In this document: positions 24,260 through 33,485 of the stretch, piece by piece
How positions within the stretch are numbered: position 1 is the first letter of the stretch
Layout of the letters: the number at the start of each line of letters is the position of its first letter
Virus record (IMG/VR): IMGVR_UViG_3300028588_000054
Span: 1 to 37,286 of that record
Strand: one strand, 5' to 3'
From: a virus
Lineage: Duplodnaviria; Caudoviricetes
DNA: 37,286 nt
Translations under genes and position numbers: made by a program
Notes under the pieces: generated by a model
Database searches by the model: none
Told to the model about the DNA's origin: nothing
What the model saw: the letters and a program-made list of their open reading frames with translations, nothing else

Positions 24260-25039
24260 ATGAGCACTGAAAACACCGAAAGCGGCCTCCCGTCGCAGGC
24301 GCCTGGCGCCGAACAGGGTGCAACCAACCAGGTCGAGCAGCACACCAGCACGGAAGCGACCGCCGGGCAACCGCAACAGGAAGGCCAGCAGCAGGGCCAG
24401 GAAGGCGATCAGCAGGAACCGAAGCGCACGCCCTGGTTCCAGACGCGTATCGACGAACTGACCCGCGCGCGCCACGAAGAACGCCGCCGGGCCGACGAGG
24501 CCCAGCAGCAGGCGCTGCGCTTCCAGCAGCAGCTCACCGCGCTCCAGCAGGGCTATCAGCCGGACCAGCAGCAACCGCAGCACCAGGGGCAGGAAGTCGA
24601 CGTCCACACCCTGGCGCAGCAGGAAGCAACCCGCATGGTAGCCGACCAGCGCTTCAACGAGCAGTGCAACAAGGTGTACCGCGACGGCATGGCGGCGTTC
24701 CCCGACTTCGGCCAGTCCGTCGCCAATCTTCAGATGCTGGGCGCCGGCCGGGAGTTCCTGGAACTGGCGACCTCATCCGATGCCGGAGCGAAGCTGCTCC
24801 ACCACCTGGGCACCGACCTCGACGAAACCGCGCGCCTGCTGATGTTGCCTCCTGTGCAGATGGCGCGCGAGCTGACCCGCCTGGAATTCAAGCTGGGCCA
24901 GCCTGCCGCACCGAAACCCATCAGCAAAGCCCCTGCGCCGATCACTCCGCTCGGCTCGTCCGCGTCCACCGACGTCGGCGACACGTCGCGCATGAGCGAC
25001 AGCGAGTGGTACACGCACCGCCAGAAAACCCGCAAATAG
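24260..25039 (+). CDS. Scaffolding protein
   Basis: Between portal and coat; Q/E-rich coiled coil with RIDELT and C-terminal SKAPAPI. Confidence 0.8.
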   Translation: MSTENTESGLPSQAPGAEQGATNQVEQHTSTEATAGQPQQEGQQQGQEGDQQEPKRTPWFQTRIDELTRARHEERRRADEAQQQALRFQQQLTALQQGYQPDQQQPQHQGQEVDVHTLAQQEATRMVADQRFNEQCNKVYRDGMAAFPDFGQSVANLQMLGAGREFLELATSSDAGAKLLHHLGTDLDETARLLMLPPVQMARELTRLEFKLGQPAAPKPISKAPAPITPLGSSASTDVGDTSRMSDSEWYTHRQKTRK

Positions 25040-25049
25040 GACATAAGCC

Positions 25050-26267
25050 ATGCCTACCCAAAACCAAATCCTGACCCACCAGATGCTGGCGCGCGAAGCC
25101 GCCGCCATGCTGTCCGAGGAAATGAATTTCCTCTCCAACATCAACCGCGGCCGCGAATCCGAGTTCAAGGACCAGCCGAACGGCTACAAGAAAGGCGACA
25201 AGGTCGACATCGGCATCCCGCCGGTACCGACCGTGTTCGACGGTCCGACCTTCGCTGGCGGCGGCGACGCCCCGGGCCAGAACGAGCAGAAGGTCACGTT
25301 GCAGCTGACCACCCAGAAACACGTGCCGCTGACCTTCACCGCCAAGGAAAAGGCGCTGTCGATCAGCGACTTCAAGGAACGCTTCCTGAAGCCGGCCATG
25401 AATTCGATCGGCTCCGTCGTCCAGGCCGACCTGATCAACCGCGCCGTCGTGGCCACCCCCAACGTGGTCGGCACCCCCGGCAGCCTGCCGAACACCTTCA
25501 AGGTGTACGGCCAGGCGCGCGGCATGATGGAGCGCTTCATGGCGCCCGAGGGCGACCGCACCGGGCTGCTGAGCTCGGACGCCAGCAACGAGCTGGCCGA
25601 CGCCATCAAGAACCAGCAGAACCCGGGCGACACCGTGAACAAGTCGTTCCTGCAGGGTTACATCACCCGCGCGCAGGGCATGGGCCTGTTCGAAAACCAG
25701 TCGCTGCCGATGCTGGCCCTGGGCACCGCGACCGGCTTCACCGTGAACGGCGCCAACCAGACCGGCGCCGCGCTGAACATCGGCAACCTGACCGCCGGCC
25801 AGACCATCCTGAAGGGCACGGTCTTCACCATCCCGGGCATCTTCGCCGTGCACCCGATCCTGGGCGTCTCGAACGGCAAGCTGCGCCAGTTCGTCGTGAC
25901 CGGCGACTTCACCGCCGGCGGCACCACTGGCACGATCGGCATCTTCCCGGCGCTGGCCGTCACCACCACCGCGGTGGTCGGCACCGTGTCGGCGCTGCCG
26001 GGCAACGGTCAGCCCGTGTCGCTGGTCGGCTCGCCGTCGACTGCCTACCGCCAGCAGCTGGCGTTCCACAAGAATGCCTTCACCGCGGCGTTCGCGCCGC
26101 TGCCGATCCTGGCGTCGTGCGAGGGCTACACCGCCTCGGTGAACGGCTTCTCGGTGCGCGTCATGACCTTCGGTAACGGCCAGACCGACACCGAGTCGAC
26201 CCGTATCGACGTCCTGTACGGCTTCGCGGCCGTCCGTCCGGACCACGCCTGCCGCATCACCGAGTAA
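25050..26267 (+). CDS. Major capsid protein (P22 gp5-like)
   Basis: N.ILT.QM.ARE, K.GD.V.I..P, FKERFLKPAM, LAFHKNAFT, RIDVLYG. Confidence 0.92.
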   Translation: MPTQNQILTHQMLAREAAAMLSEEMNFLSNINRGRESEFKDQPNGYKKGDKVDIGIPPVPTVFDGPTFAGGGDAPGQNEQKVTLQLTTQKHVPLTFTAKEKALSISDFKERFLKPAMNSIGSVVQADLINRAVVATPNVVGTPGSLPNTFKVYGQARGMMERFMAPEGDRTGLLSSDASNELADAIKNQQNPGDTVNKSFLQGYITRAQGMGLFENQSLPMLALGTATGFTVNGANQTGAALNIGNLTAGQTILKGTVFTIPGIFAVHPILGVSNGKLRQFVVTGDFTAGGTTGTIGIFPALAVTTTAVVGTVSALPGNGQPVSLVGSPSTAYRQQLAFHKNAFTAAFAPLPILASCEGYTASVNGFSVRVMTFGNGQTDTESTRIDVLYGFAAVRPDHACRITE

Positions 26268-26319
26268 TCAACCACCCTGCCCGCTCCGCTGTCGCGGGGC
26301 GGGCGCACCGGAGAACAAC

Positions 26320-26469
26320 ATGGAATTCCAGGAATACCCGAAAGCCCTGTACAAGGGCGGCGACCAGGCCGCCGAGTGGGTCATGGTCAGCGACAAGGAC
26401 GAAGAAGCGGCAAAGCGCAAGGCCGGCTTCAAGATGCTGGGCGAAACCAAGGCCAAGGCCGCTGAATGA
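26320..26469 (+). CDS. Small protein after coat gene (MEFQEYPKALYK..., 49 aa)
   Basis: Translated by hand; GGAG RBS; ATGA overlap with the next gene. Confidence 0.65.
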   Translation: MEFQEYPKALYKGGDQAAEWVMVSDKDEEAAKRKAGFKMLGETKAKAAE

Positions 26470-26879
26470 CCACCGCCGGCGACATCATCAACCGCGCGCT
26501 GAAGGACGCCGGCGTGATCGCGGCCGGCGAGACGGCGCCGGCCGAGGATCTCGTCGACACGCTGACAGCGCTGAACAACATCATCGTGCAGTGGATGGCG
26601 ATCCCGGCATGCGTGCCGAAAACGCCGCACGTGCTCGCGCCCTTCGGCAGCCAGGCCGACCTGCTGCAGCTGCCGCCGATCTACGAACCTGCGCTGCAGT
26701 ACTCGCTCGCCGAGGTGCTGCCGGCGACGTTCTCGCTGCCCGCGCGCCCGGACCTCATCCGCCTGGCATTCCAAGCGCGCAAGGTGCTCAAGCGCGCGAA
26801 CCTGGTCATTCCCAATGCCGAGCTGCCCGGGGCGCTGCAGTTCGGGCGCCGCTTCGGGGTGTGCTGCGGCGATGAATGA
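26466..26879 (+). CDS. Head-tail adaptor (P22 gp4-like)
   Basis: TTAGDIINRALKDAGV.A.GE...LPPIYE.AL.YSLA. Confidence 0.75.
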   Translation: MTTAGDIINRALKDAGVIAAGETAPAEDLVDTLTALNNIIVQWMAIPACVPKTPHVLAPFGSQADLLQLPPIYEPALQYSLAEVLPATFSLPARPDLIRLAFQARKVLKRANLVIPNAELPGALQFGRRFGVCCGDE

Positions 26880-27246
26880 CCCGCTGCGTGCGGCTTATGC
26901 CTCGCTTACGGGTCGGGCCGATGCCACATTCGAACAGTTCCGGTCCGCCGTCGCAGCTTGGGACGTCGTGCCGGTGACCGTCACCGGCAAGCTGGCCGGC
27001 GCGGTGCTGATCAACGGCGCCGAGCTGCATGCCTGCATCCTGCCGGCATTTTTCGGGCGCTGGCTGACGCGCGCGGTGCTGCGCCAGACGCTCCACCAAG
27101 TGCTGGCCCACCATGGCCACGCGATCACGCGAACGACCAGCGGCAACGATGCCGGGCACGCTTTCGTCGCGCGGCTCGGCTTTCACAAGATTTGCGACGC
27201 CGACGGCGTGGCCACATACAGACTTGAGGCGAAACGTGGGAATTGA
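26872..27246 (+). CDS. GNAT-fold virion assembly protein (P22 gp14-like position)
   Basis: ELHACILP...GRW...N..G..FV.RLGF. Confidence 0.6.
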   Translation: MNDPLRAAYASLTGRADATFEQFRSAVAAWDVVPVTVTGKLAGAVLINGAELHACILPAFFGRWLTRAVLRQTLHQVLAHHGHAITRTTSGNDAGHAFVARLGFHKICDADGVATYRLEAKRGN

Positions 27247-28048
27247 AACAATCATCGGCGGCGGGCTGGCACTCGGCGGCGCCCTGCTGAACAAGAAATC
27301 GTCCGACAAAGCAGTGAGCGCCCAGCAGCAGTCGTCGGATGCGGCCACCGCTGAAGCACGCCGCGAGTACGACATCACACGCCAGGACCAGCTGAATCTG
27401 CTGACCCAGCAGCGCGCGGACCAGCAACCCTGGCTCGACGCCGGCCACAACGCGCTGACGCAGCTGGCGAGCGGCACTGGTGCCGGCGGCCAGTTCACGA
27501 AGACGTTCACCGGCGCCGACCTCGCGTCCGACCCGGGCTACCAATTCCGCCTCGACCAGGGCAATCAGGCGATCGAACGCTCAGCGGCCGCGCGCGGCGG
27601 CCTGCTGTCGGGCGCGGCCGCGAAGGCACTGACCCGGTATAGCCAAGGCGTGGCATCGGACGAATACGGCAATGCGTATAACCGCTTTAACAACGACCAG
27701 TCGACCCAGTACAACCGCCTGGCGTCGCTCGCCGGCGTCGGCCAGGCCGCTACCAACCAGGTGGGCCAGGCTGGCCAGAACGCCTACGGCACGATCGCCA
27801 ACGCAGGCCAGAACACGTCGAACGCCGCCCAGAACAACCTGACCGGCGCCGGCAACGCGCGCGCGTCCGGCTACGTGGCCGGCGCGAACGCGCTGACCGG
27901 CGCGATCGGCCAGGGCGTCAACTGGTACCAGAACAACCAGTTGCTGAACCAACTCGGCGGTGGTGGGACGAGCAAACTCTTCAGCGGTGCGTCGTATGGC
28001 AGCCTGAAAGATTTGGCCGGCTTCGACATGAGCTTCGGCAGTTTATAG
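27236..28048 (+). CDS. DNA ejection/pilot protein (gp7-like)
   Basis: GTG start with GAGG RBS; DPGYQFRL.QG..AIERSAAARGGLLSG. Confidence 0.8.
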   Translation: MGIETIIGGGLALGGALLNKKSSDKAVSAQQQSSDAATAEARREYDITRQDQLNLLTQQRADQQPWLDAGHNALTQLASGTGAGGQFTKTFTGADLASDPGYQFRLDQGNQAIERSAAARGGLLSGAAAKALTRYSQGVASDEYGNAYNRFNNDQSTQYNRLASLAGVGQAATNQVGQAGQNAYGTIANAGQNTSNAAQNNLTGAGNARASGYVAGANALTGAIGQGVNWYQNNQLLNQLGGGGTSKLFSGASYGSLKDLAGFDMSFGSL

Positions 28049-28056
28049 GATAAAAA

Positions 28057-29490
28057 ATGCCCATCGATCCATCCATCGCCCTGAACGTCAAGCAACTGCA
28101 GCTGCCCAACCCGCTCGAGCAGTACGGCCAGTTCCAGCAGGCCCAGGCGGCCATGAGCCAGAATCGGCTGGCCGACCTGGTGCTGGGCGAGAAGCGCCGC
28201 GAGGCAGCCGAAACCGCCCAGGTAAACATGCTCTACAAGGGCGCGACCGGCGAGAACGGCGCGCTCGACCGCAACAAGCTGCTGGGCAGCGTTGCGGCCG
28301 CCGGCCTGGGATCCAAGTACCAGGCGCTGCAGAAAGGCTTCCTCGATCTGGACAAGGGGCAGGCCGACGTCGCCAAGACCCAGGCGGACACGGCAAAGGC
28401 GCAGGCCGATGCCCTAACCAAGAAGCTGGACATCGCCGGGCAGGCCTTCGGGCACGTGCGCGCGAACCCGACGCTGGAAAATGCGAACGCCACGCTTGAC
28501 TTCCTGGTAGGCAACGGCACGTACACGGCTGAGCAGGGTGCGCAATATAAAGCGCTGGTTGCGTCCGACCCGACCCAGATCGCCGCGCTGGCCGACCAGG
28601 CCTTCCGCTCGGCGCTGTCGGCCAAGGACCAGCTGGCGACCTACCAGACCCGCAACACCGGAGCTACTACGGACACGCTGGCGATCGACCCGGTGACCGG
28701 CAAGGTTACGGTGGCCAGCTCGGTCAAGAACACGGTGTCGCCAGATGCGCAGCTGCAGGCGAACATCTCGCGCGCCAATAATGCAGCAACGGTGGCGGCA
28801 ACCGAGCGCGGCCAGAACATGACCGACGCGCGCGCCCGCGAGCAAGTGGCCGCAGGCAAGGTGCCGTCCGGCTACCGCCAGGCCGGCGACGGCACCCTCG
28901 TGCCGATCCCCGGCGGCCCAGCCGATCCGAAGAACAAGCCGCCGACCGAGTTTCAGGGCAAGTCAGCAGCCTTCGGCGCGCGTGCCGAAGAGGCGGACAG
29001 GCTCCTGACGGGCCTGCAAGGCCAGTACAGCCCGGCAGGCATCAATGCGAAGAACACGGCGTCGGATATCTGGGGCGTGGGTGGCGCGCTCGGCACGCTC
29101 GGGAACAACGCTCTGAGCGATGCCAGCCAGCGCGCCGACCAGGCGCAGCGCGACTTCGTCAATGCGGTGCTGCGCCAGGAATCCGGCGCCGCGATCGGCG
29201 CAAGCGAATTCGACAACGCACGCAAGCAGTACTTCCCGCAGCCGGGCGACAGCGCCGCCGTGATCCAGCAGAAGGCGGCCAACCGAAAACTGGCTGTTCA
29301 GGGTCTCAAGACCAACGCTGGGCCTGCGGCGTTTTCCGCACCACAACCAGGTGCGCCGGCGGCGGCACCCCCGGGCAAGCCGGCCGGGCCGCCGCCGAAA
29401 AATGCCAAGGGCTGGACGCTCCACGTCGACGCCGGCGGCAACCGCGCGTACGTGAGCCCGGACGGCAAACAATATGAAGAGGTGCATTGA
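28057..29490 (+). CDS. DNA ejection protein (gp20-like position)
   Basis: Ala/Gln-rich 477 aa with IPGGPADP and LRQESGAAIG.SE motifs. Confidence 0.7.
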   Translation: MPIDPSIALNVKQLQLPNPLEQYGQFQQAQAAMSQNRLADLVLGEKRREAAETAQVNMLYKGATGENGALDRNKLLGSVAAAGLGSKYQALQKGFLDLDKGQADVAKTQADTAKAQADALTKKLDIAGQAFGHVRANPTLENANATLDFLVGNGTYTAEQGAQYKALVASDPTQIAALADQAFRSALSAKDQLATYQTRNTGATTDTLAIDPVTGKVTVASSVKNTVSPDAQLQANISRANNAATVAATERGQNMTDARAREQVAAGKVPSGYRQAGDGTLVPIPGGPADPKNKPPTEFQGKSAAFGARAEEADRLLTGLQGQYSPAGINAKNTASDIWGVGGALGTLGNNALSDASQRADQAQRDFVNAVLRQESGAAIGASEFDNARKQYFPQPGDSAAVIQQKAANRKLAVQGLKTNAGPAAFSAPQPGAPAAAPPGKPAGPPPKNAKGWTLHVDAGGNRAYVSPDGKQYEEVH

Positions 29491-31517
29491 TGCCATTCGA
29501 TCTCGCAAGCGCGAAGCCCGCGCAGGGAAAGTTTGACCTGGCCAGCGCGAAGCCGGCTGCAGCCGCAGCGCCGGCCGGCAGCGCCGACTACCAGCGCGGC
29601 CGTGCCGCGCCGGCATTCCAGCAAGGCGTGGTCGCTGGCACGAACGGCCTCCTGATGGGCTTCGCCGACGAGCTGGGCGGCGCGCTGGGCGCAGCCTGGG
29701 ACAAGCTGAAGAGCCCGTCGTCCGACCTGCAGGCCAACTACATCGCCAACCGCGACGCGCTGCGCGGGATGGAGGATGCGCAGCGCGAACGCAGCCCGAT
29801 CCAGACCGCAGTGACGCAAGGCCTCGCCACGATCCCGCTGGCGATTGCCACCGGCGGCGCCGGCGCGGCAAGCATGCTGCCAGGTGCGGCGCGCGCGGCC
29901 GCCGCTCCGGCGGTGGCTGGTCTCGGTGCGCGCACCGCCCGCGCGGCCATGGTCGGCGCCGCCTACGGCGCAGTGGGCGGTGCTGGCCACTCGACGGCCG
30001 ACTCGGTCGAAGGCGTGGTGCAGGATGCCGGCAAGGCCGCCGCCACCAGCGCGGCCTTCGGCCTCGGCGCGACACCCGTCGCCGCCGGCATCACCGCGGT
30101 CGGCCGCAACGCCGCGCAGCGCCTGTCCGGCACCGCGGCCGCCGAGTTCGCCCGGCAGAAGATCGCCCAGGCGCTGGCGAACGATGCGCGCGGCGCCCAG
30201 TTCACTGGCGGCTATGCCAACCCGTTCGGCCAGATCGCTGCCCGCTTCGGCAAGCTCGGCGACGAGGCGGTGCTGGCCGACGCCGGCGGCCAGAACACGA
30301 ATCAGCTGCTGGACACGCTGGCCACCCTGCCCGGCCGCACGAAGGAAGCCGTGGCCAACGTCCAGCGGCAGCGCACCGCCGGCGTCGGCGACAGGATGCG
30401 CGACGCCGCCGAAAGCGCGCTCGGCACGCAGGGCCAGCGCCTGGACACCACCGTCGACGCGCTGATCACGCGCCGCCAGCGGGATGCGGGACCTCTGTAC
30501 AACCAGCTTCGCCAGATCGATATCAGCCCGAGCGCCGCGCTGGCCGACATCGTGCGGCACGCCGACGAACTGGGCGCGGTCCGGCTGGGCCGGGAAATCG
30601 CGACAGCACGCCGGACGCCATTCAGCCTCGACGCGGCGCAGCCGGCGCGCTGGAACATGGGCGACCTCGACCATGTGAAGCAGGGCCTCGACCAAATGCT
30701 GGCCAGCAGCAAGGCCGTCAATCCGGATGGCACGCTCAAACCGCTCGGCAACGCCTACCTCACGCTGAAAAACGACTTGGTGGATGCGCTCGATACGGCA
30801 ACCACGGCGCGCCAGACCGGCACCTCGCTCTACCGCCAAGCCCGGGAGGCGTTCGCCACGCCGTCCGCCCTGATCGATGCCGCGCGCGCCGGCCAGCTGG
30901 CGATCAACCGCGACGAATCGAACATCCTGAGCACTATCCGCGGCATGTCGGACAACGAGCAGCAGGCGTTCCGGATCGGCGCGTTCGAGGGCCTGCGCAA
31001 CAAGCTGGGCACCCAGGGCGGCCAGACCAACGTCATGAACATGTGGAAGGAACCGTCGATGCAGGAAAAGCTGCGCGCCATCTTCGGCACCGAGCGCGCC
31101 TACCGCGAGTTCGCCGTCAGCGTCGGCCGCGAGGGACAGCTCAAGGGGCTGCAGAGCGTCGGCCGCGGCTCGCAGACCGCTGCGCGCCTGGCGGGCGTGG
31201 AAGACCTGGGCATGTCGGCGATGTCGGACGTCGGCACCGCCGTCGGCGCCGCCAAGACCGGCAACCTTCTGACGATGCTGGCCGCAGGCAAGAAAGGCTG
31301 GGACCGCATCGCGGTACCGCAGACCGTGCGCGACCAGATGGGCAACATGCTGCTGTCCCGCGGCGCGAACGGGGCCCGGGAGCTGAACAGCCTGGCGCCG
31401 CTGATCCAGAGCATCAACACCCGCAACATGCTGCTGTCGAACGGCGTCGGTGTGCTGGGCGCCGAGCTGGGCGCCGGCCTGGCGGTGTCGCCCCCAGTCC
31501 AGCAGATCCCGCGGTAA
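29487..31517 (+). CDS. DNA ejection protein (gp16-like position)
   Basis: Ala/Gly-rich 676 aa with GFADEL motif and hydrophobic glycine-zipper segments. Confidence 0.7.
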   Translation: MMPFDLASAKPAQGKFDLASAKPAAAAAPAGSADYQRGRAAPAFQQGVVAGTNGLLMGFADELGGALGAAWDKLKSPSSDLQANYIANRDALRGMEDAQRERSPIQTAVTQGLATIPLAIATGGAGAASMLPGAARAAAAPAVAGLGARTARAAMVGAAYGAVGGAGHSTADSVEGVVQDAGKAAATSAAFGLGATPVAAGITAVGRNAAQRLSGTAAAEFARQKIAQALANDARGAQFTGGYANPFGQIAARFGKLGDEAVLADAGGQNTNQLLDTLATLPGRTKEAVANVQRQRTAGVGDRMRDAAESALGTQGQRLDTTVDALITRRQRDAGPLYNQLRQIDISPSAALADIVRHADELGAVRLGREIATARRTPFSLDAAQPARWNMGDLDHVKQGLDQMLASSKAVNPDGTLKPLGNAYLTLKNDLVDALDTATTARQTGTSLYRQAREAFATPSALIDAARAGQLAINRDESNILSTIRGMSDNEQQAFRIGAFEGLRNKLGTQGGQTNVMNMWKEPSMQEKLRAIFGTERAYREFAVSVGREGQLKGLQSVGRGSQTAARLAGVEDLGMSAMSDVGTAVGAAKTGNLLTMLAAGKKGWDRIAVPQTVRDQMGNMLLSRGANGARELNSLAPLIQSINTRNMLLSNGVGVLGAELGAGLAVSPPVQQIPR

Positions 31518-31539
31518 CAGTACTTCACGCTCCACCACC

Positions 31540-31562
31540 AGCCTGCATCCGCGGGCTTTTTT
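31540..31562 (+). terminator. Intrinsic terminator
   Basis: AGCCTGC-ATCC-GCGGGCT-TTTTT. Confidence 0.6.
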
Positions 31563-31573
31563 ACGACCACACC

Positions 31574-32998
31574 ATGCAAATTCCATTCGTAGGCGGCGCC
31601 TATGCCCTGCGCTCGCGCGGCATGGACGCCCAGCGCAGCATCAACCTGTTCCCGGTGGTCGACCAGAGCGGCGGCGCGCGCACGGTGACGGCCATGTACG
31701 GCACGCCCGGGCTGCGCCTGCTGCTGGCCCTGCCCGGCGCCGGCGGCATCCGCGGCGAGCACCGGCCAGCGTCCGGCGCCCCGATCGTCGTGCGCGGCGC
31801 GTCGGTCTACCGCGTCAACGCGGCCTGGCAGGCGACGCTGGTTGGCACGCTGGCCACGTCGACCGGCCCGGTGTCGATCGCCGACAACGGCAAGGTGGCG
31901 ATGATCGTCGACGGCGCGAACGGCTACAGCGTGAACCTGGCCGACAACACGCTGACGCAGATCGTCGACGAGGCCTTCTATGGCGCCGACTGGGTCACGT
32001 ACCTGGACGGCTATTTCATCTTCAACAAGCCGGGCACCGCCCAGTTCTACATTTCCGGCCTGTTCGCGGTGACCTTCGACGCCCTGGACTTCGCCAGCGT
32101 CGAGGGCACGGCCGACGCGATCGTGCGCCACATCGTCGACCACCGCGAGATCTGGTTCTTCAAGCGCAACAACATCGAGATCTGGGTAAACAGCGGCGAC
32201 GCCGACTTCCCATTGACACGCACGTCGACGTCGATCCAGGTCGGCTGCTCGGCGCCGTGGTCGGTGGCGCGCATGGACAACAGCCTGATCTGGCTCGGCG
32301 CCGACGACACCGGCTCGCTGGCGGTCTACCGGGCCCAGGGCTACCAGCCGGCGCGGATCTCGACCGAGGCGATCGATTACGCGATCGCGCAATACCCGAC
32401 CGTCAGCGACGCCATCGCCTATGCCTACGAGCATGAGGGGCACACCTTCTACGTGCTGTCCTTCCCGAGCGCGAACGCGACCTGGGTTTTCGACGCCGCC
32501 ACCAGCCAGTGGCACGAGCGCCTGTGGCGCAGCCCGGCCAGCGGCCAGCTGAACCGCCACCGGACCTGCCACCACATGGCGTTCCGCAGCGAGCATGTGG
32601 TCGGCGACTGGGAGAACGGCAACCTGTACGCCCTGGACATGGACTGCTACACCGACAACGGCGCGCCGCTGCCGCGGATCCGGGTCACGGGCTACGTGGC
32701 CAACCCGGAATCGCACCACATGCACTTCGACGCGGTGCAGGTCGAGTTCGAAGCTGGCGTCGGCCTGCAGTTCGGCCAGGGCAGCGAGCCGCAGGCGGTG
32801 CTGGAATGGTCGGACAAGGCCAAGGTCTGGAGCCACCAGCACGCGCGCTCGATCGGCTCGGTCGGCAATTACAACGCGCGCGCGATCTGGCGCCGGCTGG
32901 GCCGCAGCCGCAGCCGGGTGTTCCGGCTGACTATCTCGGACCCGGTCAAGGTGGTGATCCTGGGCGGATCCGGCCAGGTGCGGATGGCGGCATCGTGA
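31574..32998 (+). CDS. Tail hub / packaged-DNA stabilisation protein (P22 gp10-like)
   Basis: MQIPFVGGAY..RS....AQRSINLFP, TPGL, YLDGYFIF, GHTFYVLSFP, WRRLG..R.RVFR. Confidence 0.85.
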   Translation: MQIPFVGGAYALRSRGMDAQRSINLFPVVDQSGGARTVTAMYGTPGLRLLLALPGAGGIRGEHRPASGAPIVVRGASVYRVNAAWQATLVGTLATSTGPVSIADNGKVAMIVDGANGYSVNLADNTLTQIVDEAFYGADWVTYLDGYFIFNKPGTAQFYISGLFAVTFDALDFASVEGTADAIVRHIVDHREIWFFKRNNIEIWVNSGDADFPLTRTSTSIQVGCSAPWSVARMDNSLIWLGADDTGSLAVYRAQGYQPARISTEAIDYAIAQYPTVSDAIAYAYEHEGHTFYVLSFPSANATWVFDAATSQWHERLWRSPASGQLNRHRTCHHMAFRSEHVVGDWENGNLYALDMDCYTDNGAPLPRIRVTGYVANPESHHMHFDAVQVEFEAGVGLQFGQGSEPQAVLEWSDKAKVWSHQHARSIGSVGNYNARAIWRRLGRSRSRVFRLTISDPVKVVILGGSGQVRMAAS

Positions 32999-33432
32999 AG
33001 CTGACGCCGCCTTCATCGCGCGAGCCGGCGGTTGACCCGCGCACCGGAGCATTTTCCCGCACCTGGTTCAACTACTTCCAGCAGCTGTTCGACCGCGTGG
33101 GCGGCATGACCGCGGAGCTGCTGGGACTGGCCGACTTCACCGGCGAGAACCAGCTGCTGAAGCCCGACGGCTTCCAGCGCCTCCCAGGGGGATTGATCCG
33201 GCAATGGGGCGTGGCCGCAACCGATGAGGTCGGCGAAGTCACGATCCAGTTTCTCAAGCCGTTCAAGCGGCAGTGCGTCACCTTCAAGTGCGAAGAGACC
33301 GGGGTCAGCCAGGCGAGCGGGATCACGTTCGCGCATGGCGAGCTCGGCCTCGACCAGGTAACGATCTACAGCTCGGGCGCGGGCACCACGAACGCAGCCA
33401 AGCGCTTCACCTGGGAAGCGATCGGATATTGA
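32995..33432 (+). CDS. Tail needle-like protein with C-terminal gp53-like (LPGGLI.QWG) domain
   Basis: PP.REP.VD.RTG.FSR.WF.YF N-terminus; GFQRLPGGLIRQWG...WEAIGY C-terminus. Confidence 0.65.
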   Translation: MKLTPPSSREPAVDPRTGAFSRTWFNYFQQLFDRVGGMTAELLGLADFTGENQLLKPDGFQRLPGGLIRQWGVAATDEVGEVTIQFLKPFKRQCVTFKCEETGVSQASGITFAHGELGLDQVTIYSSGAGTTNAAKRFTWEAIGY

Positions 33433-33450
33433 AACATCAACCGCACTACG

Positions 33451-33472
33451 GCCGCCTCCGGGCGGCTTTTTT
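33451..33472 (+). terminator. Intrinsic terminator
   Basis: GCCGCC-TCCG-GGCGGC-TTTTTT. Confidence 0.65.
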
Positions 33473-33485
33473 CATGGAGTAGCCG

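Noticed and set aside
20465-33052. Long minus-strand ORFs opposite terL, portal, coat, ejection and gp10 genes (527, 697, 434, 762, 650 aa)
   Set aside because: Antisense shadows caused by high GC3 codon bias; no motifs, and they fully overlap well-supported genes.
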